IMG/VR virus record: IMGVR_UViG_3300046779_002131
Location: 33,543-97,542 of that record
DNA: 64,000 nt
Strand: one strand, 5' to 3'
Source of the DNA: a virus
Shown piece after piece: positions 20,601-29,197 of this stretch (the first letter of the stretch is position 1; each line of letters opens with the position of its first letter). A program made the position numbers and the translations under genes. Under the pieces are notes generated by a model that worked only from the letters and a program-made list of their open reading frames with translations, did not search any database and was not told the origin of the DNA.

Positions 20601-22567
20601 TGCATGGAGTCAGGACGTATATCCACAGTGAGAGCCATTGAAAAACGTGGATCGTCTTTTTCGGCTTCACTGGGAATGTAACCTGATGATTCATCAAGAT
20701 CTTGTGTGGGCATACCAAGTCGTTTGAGAGACTTGATATACTTGTGCTCTAAATCTTCATCACCAAAACTTATTACTGTAGATGGTGGTCCTTTGCCAAA
20801 AGAACTTTTATCAAAATCGTCAAGGTCAGATATTCCTTGCCCGAGTTTATACCAATCATAAACGTCTGATACTGCAACTTTTACTGTGCCTTTGGGAAAC
20901 TGTGGTGGCGACTCAGGTCCCGGAGGATCATTACCATCGTCATACTCCCATTCTTCTTCTTGTTCTTCAAGATTTTTTTCACGGAAATATTCTGGATATT
21001 GTTCGGCAAACTGTCGCATTATGATACCAGCTTCGGCGTTCGCCTGATTTTCTTCTTGAGATCCAGTTTTACCTGAATGCATGTCTAATTCACCGCGTTG
21101 ATCCTGCGCAGCATGTGTAAGTTCATGTGCCAGAGTCCTTAATACATCAACAATGTGACGATTGGCTGTGACCAATATCAAAGACTTTGTTTCAGGATCA
21201 TAACGACCAAAACTGTTGTTCTTTGCGCTCCATTCGGCATTTTTGACAAGACGAATTTGAGGTAGACGTTGTAGCCCAAGATGTTGTGCTGCTGCCTTGG
21301 CAAACTTGCGAACTACGGTTTTGACATCAGCTGATTCATCTTCGCTGGTAAACATTGTTGTGGAAGGTGATACTCCGTCCCAGGTATGTCCTACATCTTC
21401 GCTGGTAAACATTGTTGTGGAAGCGGATACTCCGTCCCAGGTATGTCCAGCATCTTCTTTGGTTTTTTCTCGGGGATATCCACGACGAATGTCTATACTG
21501 TAGGTGCCTTCGAGTCCTTGACGGTCCAAGGTGTCAGATACAAATTTTTCTGCATCACGACTTGATTGAAAACGATCGCCAAGATCAAACTTGCGTGTCT
21601 CACCGTTGATAGTAACATAGGCAACAGTGATGGGTTTGGCTTCGGTCTTTGGTGGTTCGGCTGCGGCCGGTGTTGTGGCCACTGCTCCGGCAAGAGCAGC
21701 AGCACGAGATGCTTTGTATAGATTGTCAGCAAAGCCTTCTTCAACTTGCTCGCCACCTTCGGTCCCAGCAGGATGATCTTGCCCAGCATAGGCAAACCCC
21801 GGAAACCAATAACCTCCGCTGTATCCATAACTGCGTCGAGTTTTTTTCTTGGATTGTTTTTTCTCGTCAAGACTCAGTTCACGAGCATGTGCATCGCTGC
21901 GAGCATTGGCCAGTCGTTCAATATAACCTTGGCTACGCAGCATTTTGAATGCAAGATTTTCTGCACTGAATTCGCCATGCTCGTCAAGTCCAGCCTGACG
22001 CATGACTCGAATTTTTTTCATTAATTCTTCAGCACCTTGTCCACTCTTAATTGAATTTTCAATACGCTGCTTGAGATCCTCGTATTTGTTACGCACAACA
22101 GCATCGTTGATGTCGGCACGTTTGCGACGTGGAACTTGTATCCATTTATTGCGTTTTAGTGAATATTCGCCTTGTGAAACAACATCTTCGTCAGCGGGCT
22201 GTACATACAATTCAACATCAGCATCACGCACAGTGATATTGTGCAGATCATTGTATTGATATTTTTTTGCATTGAATAATTCACGAAACACTGGATCATA
22301 GAGTTCGGGAATATCTACAATTAAATGTAGATCAATATCAGAATGTGGAGTATAAGTGTAGCTGGCGTTGCTACCACTGACTGTGATATCTTTTACCTGT
22401 AAATCAGGTACGCCAAGAAATTCTTGAAAATCCGCGGCAATTTTCAGTAGAGCTTCGCGAACTTCGGGTTTGATTCTTTCACGCCCGTCCCACAGTCGGG
22501 GATTGAGCCGACTGTGGAAACGAATCGCATCCTTTAGATCGTAGCTGTCCAGTTCATTTATGTTCAT
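17699..22567 (-). CDS. Large polyvalent protein: Pol-beta-type nucleotidyltransferase + HEXXH zincin-like domain + amidoligase + small repeated domains
   Basis: GSNASY...SDIDLH...VELY; RTLAHELTH...ENQAN; AGFEAEL...WIIEGDSSI...FEVVSP...TNSSTGLHMNIS...YIEFRGPGGDY. Confidence 0.8.
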   Translation of the reverse strand: MNINELDSYDLKDAIRFHSRLNPRLWDGRERIKPEVREALLKIAADFQEFLGVPDLQVKDITVSGSNASYTYTPHSDIDLHLIVDIPELYDPVFRELFNAKKYQYNDLHNITVRDADVELYVQPADEDVVSQGEYSLKRNKWIQVPRRKRADINDAVVRNKYEDLKQRIENSIKSGQGAEELMKKIRVMRQAGLDEHGEFSAENLAFKMLRSQGYIERLANARSDAHARELSLDEKKQSKKKTRRSYGYSGGYWFPGFAYAGQDHPAGTEGGEQVEEGFADNLYKASRAAALAGAVATTPAAAEPPKTEAKPITVAYVTINGETRKFDLGDRFQSSRDAEKFVSDTLDRQGLEGTYSIDIRRGYPREKTKEDAGHTWDGVSASTTMFTSEDVGHTWDGVSPSTTMFTSEDESADVKTVVRKFAKAAAQHLGLQRLPQIRLVKNAEWSAKNNSFGRYDPETKSLILVTANRHIVDVLRTLAHELTHAAQDQRGELDMHSGKTGSQEENQANAEAGIIMRQFAEQYPEYFREKNLEEQEEEWEYDDGNDPPGPESPPQFPKGTVKVAVSDVYDWYKLGQGISDLDDFDKSSFGKGPPSTVISFGDEDLEHKYIKSLKRLGMPTQDLDESSGYIPSEAEKDDPRFSMALTVDIRPDSMQKNAKKLGWKIARDGTPPLLRESEELFEVAMTPRALEAWARSPEAQDIHAGFEAELCFRDTYDEEGESELEPDYDADQRPGDIDDVVDFFSDDEWGYGLTRSQQERLRSDLTSEYYEWIDNKIDDNLFNEFSTWMWENEWPNRREDLIGDELYNADIEGAEASDALEAGRLENVDHPLYAEYQRAETEARIAFEDEIQDQYEKKSSSPWEEFYDEYRAEFMDNNSERDFLRSEYGYMSDIGNSFDLSWPYMTETGGNAGSRNPDEIRTSLAAAVNMRVKMSTGYHSIRREPGLWIIEGDSSIHPDDDIDAGFEVVSPEQTLSKTLSDMDKVMEWARDIGGYTNSSTGLHMNISIPHRGADVDYVKLLLFMGDQHVLEQFGRTAIHFCSSSMTKLADYVASAKKAGLKKIPDAFELMRKNLIELATRNFLHGEGGRNKYQSAHVHRDDKGKPSYIEFRGPGGDYLDKSNEELNTTFLRLARAMQIAGDPSAERQEYGKKLYKLLAPEGDSAMMKMFASYSAGGITGEQLKNEWASKVLHTTDPQDTSVRTWEIFDERRPDEVLGQVDANIYDMPNYIINNFDQKDWLYIDYREVDGVPKDIKTRKADLARKIQGVAQQRPEMPVPGGSVEYIARLKDARYPSIYNVRFQTPDVGNDFSQAAAALWRTLRSRGYSQDQIDEYTIDSIESPYGVVMRPGGAVGGEQSTDANYEIINLDNQIPVFRFIANTDEEARRKFNDWLSGRDRDDRSRYNVRRIEGRGIPGSTAELARQRAASADQEFSGTWEIVSRTTDEVVHQFSGVGNAIRDAEVYGRRWALDTGFDDPYYLRPLMRPRHTVPTEPGEENNPQFRVTYTVNDGTHTTLNSVNITARNANAAMERVHSILIRNGNNVESIEAEEIPQPGWRNQAQGTESLPPGNTRWLVLDQNDREVYSFVHRSNQGEANQYAANWLRQNGLLGSGEFMVVPAR
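21337..21457. repeat. In-frame 57-bp tandem duplication (two copies plus a fragment)
   Basis: Encodes EDAGHTWDGVSASTTMFTS / EDVGHTWDGVSPSTTMFTS / ED. Confidence 0.95.
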
Positions 22568-22585
22568 ATGAACTGTATTTATTGC

Positions 22586-23521
22586 TTACGCGGCTAGCGG
22601 TGCAGTCTCGAGTGCTAGGATAGAACTGTCTATAACTTTGGTTTGAGGACGTTCTGCAGGTGCTTCTGCAGGTGCGGCACTGGGTGTTGGCAGTGGCTGT
22701 TGATCAACCGGCGCTGCCACACCATTTTGTTGTGCTAGAGCATGTAGTTCTCGGTAAAGATTATCTTGTACAGAATAATCAAATGTATAAGTTCCCACAT
22801 GACGCAGTAATACACGTTTGTCTACAAAAACTTTACCACCAATGTCACGCCAGTTTTCACAGAATGTCCAGTCTTCGCTGTAGTAACGATTTTCGCGTAC
22901 CGCAGTATCAAAGTAAGTTTTCATGTGTTGATCTAGTTCTGATGGCAAACCAATGTCGTTGGCAAAAGTTTTCACAGCAGGGTGAGCATTGAGTTTTTCA
23001 AACACATGACGCTTGACCAAGAAGAATCCAGTGCCGGTTTTGGTTACTTCCAGCAAACCGTTGGGGTCATTGTCGGGTGCTCCGGGTATACCGTTTACAC
23101 ACCATTTAACTGGAATGGTTTTCATGGGGTACAGACCGCCAATCACATCAACGTCGTGATTGAGCATGGCCAACAAGTGCCAAGGTTCCCAACCAATGTC
23201 AGCATCAATAAACATCAAGTGTGTTGAATCGGGGTTGGCGAGAAACTTTGCCACAAGAGTATTTCTAGCACGACTAATCAAACTTTCATTGGTCATTGTT
23301 TCCACAGTCCAATCAATGCCCAATTGGCGGCATGTATTTGACCATTTGATAAAGCTCATAAATGTTTGTTCTGTGAGCATACCACCATAGCAAGGCATGC
23401 AAATATGTACTCGTGTGGTGCGTAGATATTCAACATTGACTTGAATTTGAGTAGTGCCTGGCGGCAACGGTTGTTCTTGCGGCAATGATTCCTGCACCGC
23501 TGGTTGTTGTTGTTCTTCCAT
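22586..23521 (-). CDS. GT-A fold glycosyltransferase-like protein
   Basis: ICMPCY, SLISRARN, HLMFIDADIGW (DxD), GTGF, SEDWTFC. Confidence 0.8.
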   Translation of the reverse strand: MEEQQQPAVQESLPQEQPLPPGTTQIQVNVEYLRTTRVHICMPCYGGMLTEQTFMSFIKWSNTCRQLGIDWTVETMTNESLISRARNTLVAKFLANPDSTHLMFIDADIGWEPWHLLAMLNHDVDVIGGLYPMKTIPVKWCVNGIPGAPDNDPNGLLEVTKTGTGFFLVKRHVFEKLNAHPAVKTFANDIGLPSELDQHMKTYFDTAVRENRYYSEDWTFCENWRDIGGKVFVDKRVLLRHVGTYTFDYSVQDNLYRELHALAQQNGVAAPVDQQPLPTPSAAPAEAPAERPQTKVIDSSILALETAPLAA

Positions 23522-23578
23522 GTGTCCTCTCGGTTAAAAAGTATGTAGATATTTAACAGGTAATGCCAAGGTCTAAAA

Positions 23579-24148
23579 TTATTTTAGGCCGATTATCATT
23601 GATCTGTGATATTGAGTTTGGGGATCTTCTAGCTTGATACGACCTTGATAGAGTATTTGACCGAACGGAAATCTTTTGATAATGTCTTCGGGGCCGTAAA
23701 AGTTTCTATTGGGATCTTGATCACGACCTTGCAGCACTACCAATTGACCTTGGGGTATATTCTGGAACCACTGTTTGCCAGGCATGTCAGTGAGACTGGT
23801 GTTGATTACAACACTGTCAGAGTCAAGTTGGCGATAATCAAGATCATTTGCATCACGCAACATGTATTCTACATTATCAAACCCTGCGCTGTCTATGAAT
23901 TGTTGTCCGGTTTTCAAGAATTCTTTGTTGGTTTCTACATTGATGATTTTTTCAACCCTGGGAAATCCATAATGATCAATCATAAAGGCCAAGTTGCCAT
24001 ACCATGACCCAAGAACATAAGCAGTTGAAATGTTGGGGTTTATTTTGGCCAGTTCTTTCATCAACCATATTTTGCTAAACACTAGATCCGGAGTCCAACT
24101 ACCTTCAAAACTGTAGCCGCTGCTTTCGGTTAGGTCACGTATGTTCAT
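23579..24148 (-). CDS. Class I SAM-dependent methyltransferase-like protein (tagged)
   Basis: YVLGSWYGNLA Rossmann motif, DAN, VINTS; N-terminus MNIRDLTE. Confidence 0.65.
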   Translation of the reverse strand: MNIRDLTESSGYSFEGSWTPDLVFSKIWLMKELAKINPNISTAYVLGSWYGNLAFMIDHYGFPRVEKIINVETNKEFLKTGQQFIDSAGFDNVEYMLRDANDLDYRQLDSDSVVINTSLTDMPGKQWFQNIPQGQLVVLQGRDQDPNRNFYGPEDIIKRFPFGQILYQGRIKLEDPQTQYHRSMIIGLK

Positions 24149-25191
24149 TTCTTTTTACGACCTTGGCAGTGTGCTCGTTGACTAAAGCCCCGGGGATTGG
24201 AGCAGTTGATTGAGCGTTTGTATTTTTCACTCCATTTTTCTTCGATGTAATCAGGAGACTCAATAAAACCCCATCTTGGTTTATCGGCTTCGTCTTGCGG
24301 ATCATAGTACCACACTGTGTTGTCATTTAAATCAGTCACTAACCAAACAACTAATCTAGTTCTAGGATCTGCTGACCATATAAATTCCACTTCGTCTGTG
24401 GCATCATCAATGCTGCTAAATTTACCAACCAGGTGTCGCTGTACTCCATCACCGGTCCACAGGCGATATTGTTCAAAACCTTCGGGAGCGAACTCCATTA
24501 TTGTTTTGTCATCAATAGCACGTTCAAGTCTAAGTATGCGTTCAACCAGTGCAACACCGCGTTGGCTGGGCTGTCGTCGCTGCTCATAAACAAACTCTGT
24601 GACTTCTTTCACAGTGTCAAGGCGTGCGTCAAATATCGAACGTATTTTACTGTCAACATCACCATATAGATCTAGTATGATTTGATCACGCAGCGCATTG
24701 TTGCCTTTGATGTAGCGTTCGCGGATCTGCGTAGCTGAGTTGGCATCGGCACCGGCCACACGAAACGTAACTGTAGGAACCACTGTGACATACGCATGGT
24801 CACCGAAAGGTTTCATTTCTTTGGGATTTTTTGGCATGGGCTGCATGTAACTTGCGGAGCCATCTTTTTTAGGTGCAAAACTGATGCGTTCGGCATCCTT
24901 GGCACCCAGTGCAAATATCAAACGATCCGATTCGGGATTGTAGTCTTTGGTAACTTCAGCAGCTTGATAGGGATTTTTGACTTTGACAATACGACTACCT
25001 GGTACTCCCAGCTTGATCATCATGTCTTGCTTGTCACCAAATGTAAATGGTGATGTTATTGGAGCCTGTTTGTCTGATGTAGCAACATAGACATTGTCTG
25101 CGCCCCACTGCTGAGCCAACTGTTTATAGACACCAAAGTGTCCGCGATGAAAGGGGTGAAAACGCCCGGGATAAACTACAATAGTTGCCAT
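24145..25191 (-). CDS. HxGH cytidylyl/nucleotidyltransferase-like domain with C-terminal appended modules
   Basis: VVYPGRFHPFHRGH, SATQIR; then IMEFAP and IEEKWSEKYKRSINCSNPRGFSQRAHC modules. Confidence 0.78.
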   Translation of the reverse strand: MATIVVYPGRFHPFHRGHFGVYKQLAQQWGADNVYVATSDKQAPITSPFTFGDKQDMMIKLGVPGSRIVKVKNPYQAAEVTKDYNPESDRLIFALGAKDAERISFAPKKDGSASYMQPMPKNPKEMKPFGDHAYVTVVPTVTFRVAGADANSATQIRERYIKGNNALRDQIILDLYGDVDSKIRSIFDARLDTVKEVTEFVYEQRRQPSQRGVALVERILRLERAIDDKTIMEFAPEGFEQYRLWTGDGVQRHLVGKFSSIDDATDEVEFIWSADPRTRLVVWLVTDLNDNTVWYYDPQDEADKPRWGFIESPDYIEEKWSEKYKRSINCSNPRGFSQRAHCQGRKKK

Positions 25192-25206
25192 GATCCTATA
25201 TTTAGC

Positions 25207-25647
25207 TTATAGGTTTTCAAGCATCCAAAGATAGATAGGAGTTGTAAAACGAAAACTAGCGCAGCCGTTACAGCCCATGATATTGTGAAATTCGTCATCT
25301 ATGGGTTCACTGCTGCCGTTGAAGTTGTGTTGATAAACTGTTTTTTGATTGAACACAGTGTCCACAGCCACGGATTCAAAGGCTTTGTTTTTAACAGCAA
25401 CAGTCACATCACTGACAATATTGCCTTGGTTATCTACAATGGTATGCTCGGGCAATTTTCCTTCTAGCACAAATTCCATCAAGTGCTCTTGCACAGTGTC
25501 GCTGTCACTGAATGTGTACTGAAATTTATAATCATGTGGAACTGGAGTTAGAGTAAGAATGTCTGCAGAATCCAATCTAATACGCAGAGTCAAGGGCACA
25601 GCAGGGTTGGAGCTGGAAATATCACAGCTAAAACAAACATCGCTCAT
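25207..25647 (-). CDS. Hypothetical protein
   Basis: 146-aa ORF in the operon. Confidence 0.7.
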   Translation of the reverse strand: MSDVCFSCDISSSNPAVPLTLRIRLDSADILTLTPVPHDYKFQYTFSDSDTVQEHLMEFVLEGKLPEHTIVDNQGNIVSDVTVAVKNKAFESVAVDTVFNQKTVYQHNFNGSSEPIDDEFHNIMGCNGCASFRFTTPIYLWMLENL

Positions 25648-26024
25648 TAATAATGTGCAGTGACAGCTTTGATTTCACCGGATGTAAAGTTCTGTACCGC
25701 GGCGCGAATCCAAGCGTAGTTTCCTATGATTACCAGCGGGTGATAATCAGTGTAGACTTCGGTATCAGTAATGTCACCATAGGCAATGATGTTGGTCCAA
25801 GTTGAGTCAAATGTGGGAATTTGATCGTGTGTGCCCTGTATGGTGATCAGGCCACGGAACCCTTCAACATTGACATACACAGTTGAATATGACGAAGTAC
25901 GATAGTAATTTGCAGCTTTGGCTGGATCTCCTTGCCAGTCAAGACTGGAACCGTCGTAGTTACCCGACGGTTGATTATAAATCGTAAGAGGAATCAGCGT
26001 TTCAATTGTAACTGCTTGAGCCAT
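25647..26024 (-). CDS. Hypothetical protein (beta-rich, possibly structural)
   Basis: 125-aa ORF with TAATG coupling. Confidence 0.7.
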   Translation of the reverse strand: MAQAVTIETLIPLTIYNQPSGNYDGSSLDWQGDPAKAANYYRTSSYSTVYVNVEGFRGLITIQGTHDQIPTFDSTWTNIIAYGDITDTEVYTDYHPLVIIGNYAWIRAAVQNFTSGEIKAVTAHY

Positions 26025-26191
26025 TAATCTACTCGTTCAACTTCGACAATAATACCCGATCCAGCAAGTTCGGTTATAACATCCTGTATGGATTCTGCCA
26101 GCACAGGGGTTACAATAGATTCCGGCTGGCTGCTTTCACGTACTAATTTGCTGAATTTTATAATTATAACTTCTTCTTGAATCTTAGCCAT
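26024..26191 (-). CDS. Small hypothetical protein (55 aa)
   Basis: Manual: MAKIQEEVIIIKFSKLVRE...GSGIIVEVERVD; TAATG overlap with the next gene. Confidence 0.7.
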   Translation of the reverse strand: MAKIQEEVIIIKFSKLVRESSQPESIVTPVLAESIQDVITELAGSGIIVEVERVD

Positions 26192-26197
26192 AGTAAA

Positions 26198-26884
26198 CTA
26201 TTTATCGACAACAATGATAGTTTTTGTATTTTTAATCATATTGGGCACTACAATGTTCAGCATAGAAACCATTCTTAGATCATTGTGCTCAAAGAAATAA
26301 CCGCTGGCAGTGTCGCGCCAGACATTTTTAGACCAGACATGCAGTCCTGGACTGAGCCTGACGTCCTGTTGATTTTTAAGCCAATTTCTAAGGTACAAAG
26401 CACTGTCTGCGCTCAATATTTTTTGTTTGAGATAAGTTCTAAATTGAAATCCTGTGGGTCTAACCAGTGCCACGGTATCGGGCGGATAGGCCAGTTCAAT
26501 TTTTGTAAAATTACTGTTGTGAAAACTATCAGTAATACCACTGATCCAGTGATAATCACTGCTGTAAATACAGACCTGACCAAGTGTAATTATTACTTTG
26601 AAATCTCTGCCTTGGTCAGCAATGCGATCACAGAAGATTTTCAGTAGATGATAAACTGGTGTTCGTCTTTCTTCGTGTATTTTTGCTTCTAGCCCGGAAC
26701 GTGTTCTTTGCAGTATTCGCTCGCGCCATTCAAAATGATCATGTGCTCGAGCGCGGTCTTTTTCATAGTCGCCTTTGAAATCACGTATAGCCCCAGCAAG
26801 TTCTACCCTCACTGTCAGGCTATACTGATATTGATCAAAGTAGAATTTATCTCGTTTGAGAACTTTAAGCGTCGGATTGATCAA
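26198..26884 (-). CDS. Hypothetical protein
   Basis: 228-aa ORF downstream of clpA. Confidence 0.7.
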   Translation of the reverse strand: MINPTLKVLKRDKFYFDQYQYSLTVRVELAGAIRDFKGDYEKDRARAHDHFEWRERILQRTRSGLEAKIHEERRTPVYHLLKIFCDRIADQGRDFKVIITLGQVCIYSSDYHWISGITDSFHNSNFTKIELAYPPDTVALVRPTGFQFRTYLKQKILSADSALYLRNWLKNQQDVRLSPGLHVWSKNVWRDTASGYFFEHNDLRMVSMLNIVVPNMIKNTKTIIVVDK

Positions 26885-29129
26885 TTACAATTACCCCTTC
26901 GCTGTTGATGCCCGGCAACAATGCACTGGCAGTTGCAAACACAATGCTGCTGTCGACACAATCAACACTGACTGTGCAATTGCTGAGCTGTTCAAACAAG
27001 ATACGCTTGCTGAGTGGTACACGAATCAATTCGTCAATTTTGCGACACAGGGGACGTGCGCCCATTTTTGAGTCATAGCCTTGCTCGGCTAGATAGTCCA
27101 CAGCTGACTCAGTGAGATTGATTTGAATAGATTTTTCAGCAAGGCTCTGACGCAGTTCGTCTATGAACTTTATCACAATCTTTTTCACAGCAAGATGATC
27201 AAGTTTATTGAATTTACAGATTTGATCAATACGATTGCGCAGTTCGGGACGGAAAAAATCTCGCATAGCACGATCTTCTTCACCAGTTCTTTCCATTGAT
27301 CCAAAACCAATGTTGTTGTTTTCGTTGTCTCGGGCACCTAGGTTTGATGTCATTATCACAATGGTGTTTTTGCAATCCACTGTTTTGCCATTGCTGGAGG
27401 TAATACGTCCTTCATCCAACAGTTGCAGCATGATGTTGACAACATCAGGATGTGCTTTTTCAATTTCATCAAACAACAATATTGCAAAAGGATTCTTGCT
27501 AATGTCAGAAATGAGTTTGCCACCGCCTACGTTGCCATCTTCAAAGCCCACATAGCCCGGGGGTGCACCAATCAAGCTAGACACAGTGTGTTTTTCTTGA
27601 TACTCACTCATGTCATATTTCAACAGTTTCATATCTAAATTCTTGCCCAACAGTCGGGCCAGTTCGGTTTTACCTGTACCAGTGGGTCCAACAAACAAGA
27701 ACGACGCCATGGGGCGCCCGGCTTTGGCAATGCCAGCAAAGTTGATATACACACGTTCCAACACAGTGTCCACCACTGAATCCTGTCCGTACAGCACAGA
27801 CTTGATATTGGATTCAAGACTAACAATGTTGGCACTGCGTTCGTTGCGCAGGCGATCCACAGGCACTCCGGTCATTTTGGCCACTTGTGCTTGAATCAGT
27901 GTACGGTCAATTATCACAGTACCAATGTCTTTCACACGTTCTCTAGCACAGGCAGCATCTAGAATGTCTATGGTTTTGTCAGGATTCTTTCGATCGTGTA
28001 TGTAACGATTGGCCATCTCTACCGCTGCGGTAATTGCTTCGGTTGTGATTTCTACGTTGTGGAATGTTTCCAGTCTTGGGCTCAATCCAATAAGAATCTT
28101 TTCTGTGGTCTCAATATCAGGTTCGTCAACAGCCACACGATAAAATCTACGCATCAGCGCACGATCTTTTTCAAAGCTTTCGTAGTATTCTTCCCAGGTA
28201 GTTGATGCCACTACCTTCAGCGCACCTTTGGTAATTGCAGGCTTGATCATATTGGCCATGTCCAGGGTGTTGTTGCCGGAATTGCCAGCGCCTTTCATGG
28301 TGTGAGCTTCGTCAATAAACAGCACACAGTTCTTTTTTGATTCCAGCGCGGTTATAACCATTTTGAACTTTTCTTCAAACTCACCGCGATACTTAGAGCC
28401 AGCCAGTAGTGATCCCACTTCTAGGCTCCAGACTTCGTGATCTTTCAAAAATTCCGGTACTCGGCCTGCGTGGATTTCCTGGGCCAGACCTTCTACAATA
28501 GCAGTTTTGCCCACACCAGGATCACCTACCATCAACACATTGGCTTTGAACTTACGAGCCAGCACAGCAATCATTTCAGACACTTCGGTGTCCCGGCCAA
28601 TCAAGGGTTCTAGCTGTGCTTTGGCTGCACGTTCGGTTAGATTGGTACAGTACTCTTTGAGAATTTCGTCGGCTTGCTCGGTGCTGAGTTTGATGTCGCC
28701 TTGCACATAGTGTTTTTTCCAAAATGTCACAAACTCTACTTTGGTCACACCGTGTTTGAGCAAAAAGTATTGTGCATGACTGTTGGCTTCGGTCATCATG
28801 CTCAAATAAATGTCCAGTGTGGTCACTTGTGAAGAGCCTGTGAACATGGCCTGTGTGAGCGCACGATTGAACAAGCGTTCCAGGGCATTGGTTTTTCGGG
28901 GATGATCTTTGGGATCTCGTGTTTGGTTACTCTGCGCAGATATATAGGCTTCTACATCTGACTCTAACATTGTGACATTGGTGCCAAACTTTTCCAAGAC
29001 TTTACGAAATGGTTGATGCCTAATCAAAGCCAGCAACACATGCTCTATGGTAATGTAAGCATGTTGCCGTTCGCGAGCAATACGCACAGCAGCATCAACA
29101 ATGAATTCAATTTCGGGATTATTTCGCAT
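26865..29129 (-). CDS. clpA: ATP-dependent Clp protease ATP-binding subunit ClpA-like
   Basis: Clp N-domain, two AAA+ modules (GDPGVGKT; GPTGTGKT), IGF loop (NNIGFG), no ClpB middle coiled coil. Confidence 0.92.
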   Translation of the reverse strand: MRNNPEIEFIVDAAVRIARERQHAYITIEHVLLALIRHQPFRKVLEKFGTNVTMLESDVEAYISAQSNQTRDPKDHPRKTNALERLFNRALTQAMFTGSSQVTTLDIYLSMMTEANSHAQYFLLKHGVTKVEFVTFWKKHYVQGDIKLSTEQADEILKEYCTNLTERAAKAQLEPLIGRDTEVSEMIAVLARKFKANVLMVGDPGVGKTAIVEGLAQEIHAGRVPEFLKDHEVWSLEVGSLLAGSKYRGEFEEKFKMVITALESKKNCVLFIDEAHTMKGAGNSGNNTLDMANMIKPAITKGALKVVASTTWEEYYESFEKDRALMRRFYRVAVDEPDIETTEKILIGLSPRLETFHNVEITTEAITAAVEMANRYIHDRKNPDKTIDILDAACARERVKDIGTVIIDRTLIQAQVAKMTGVPVDRLRNERSANIVSLESNIKSVLYGQDSVVDTVLERVYINFAGIAKAGRPMASFLFVGPTGTGKTELARLLGKNLDMKLLKYDMSEYQEKHTVSSLIGAPPGYVGFEDGNVGGGKLISDISKNPFAILLFDEIEKAHPDVVNIMLQLLDEGRITSSNGKTVDCKNTIVIMTSNLGARDNENNNIGFGSMERTGEEDRAMRDFFRPELRNRIDQICKFNKLDHLAVKKIVIKFIDELRQSLAEKSIQINLTESAVDYLAEQGYDSKMGARPLCRKIDELIRVPLSKRILFEQLSNCTVSVDCVDSSIVFATASALLPGINSEGVIVIDQSDA

Positions 29130-29197
29130 AATGGTCTGGGTTGTTGTTAAAGGTATTTAATTATAACACGGGTCTGAAATCAATACAATGATTTTGA

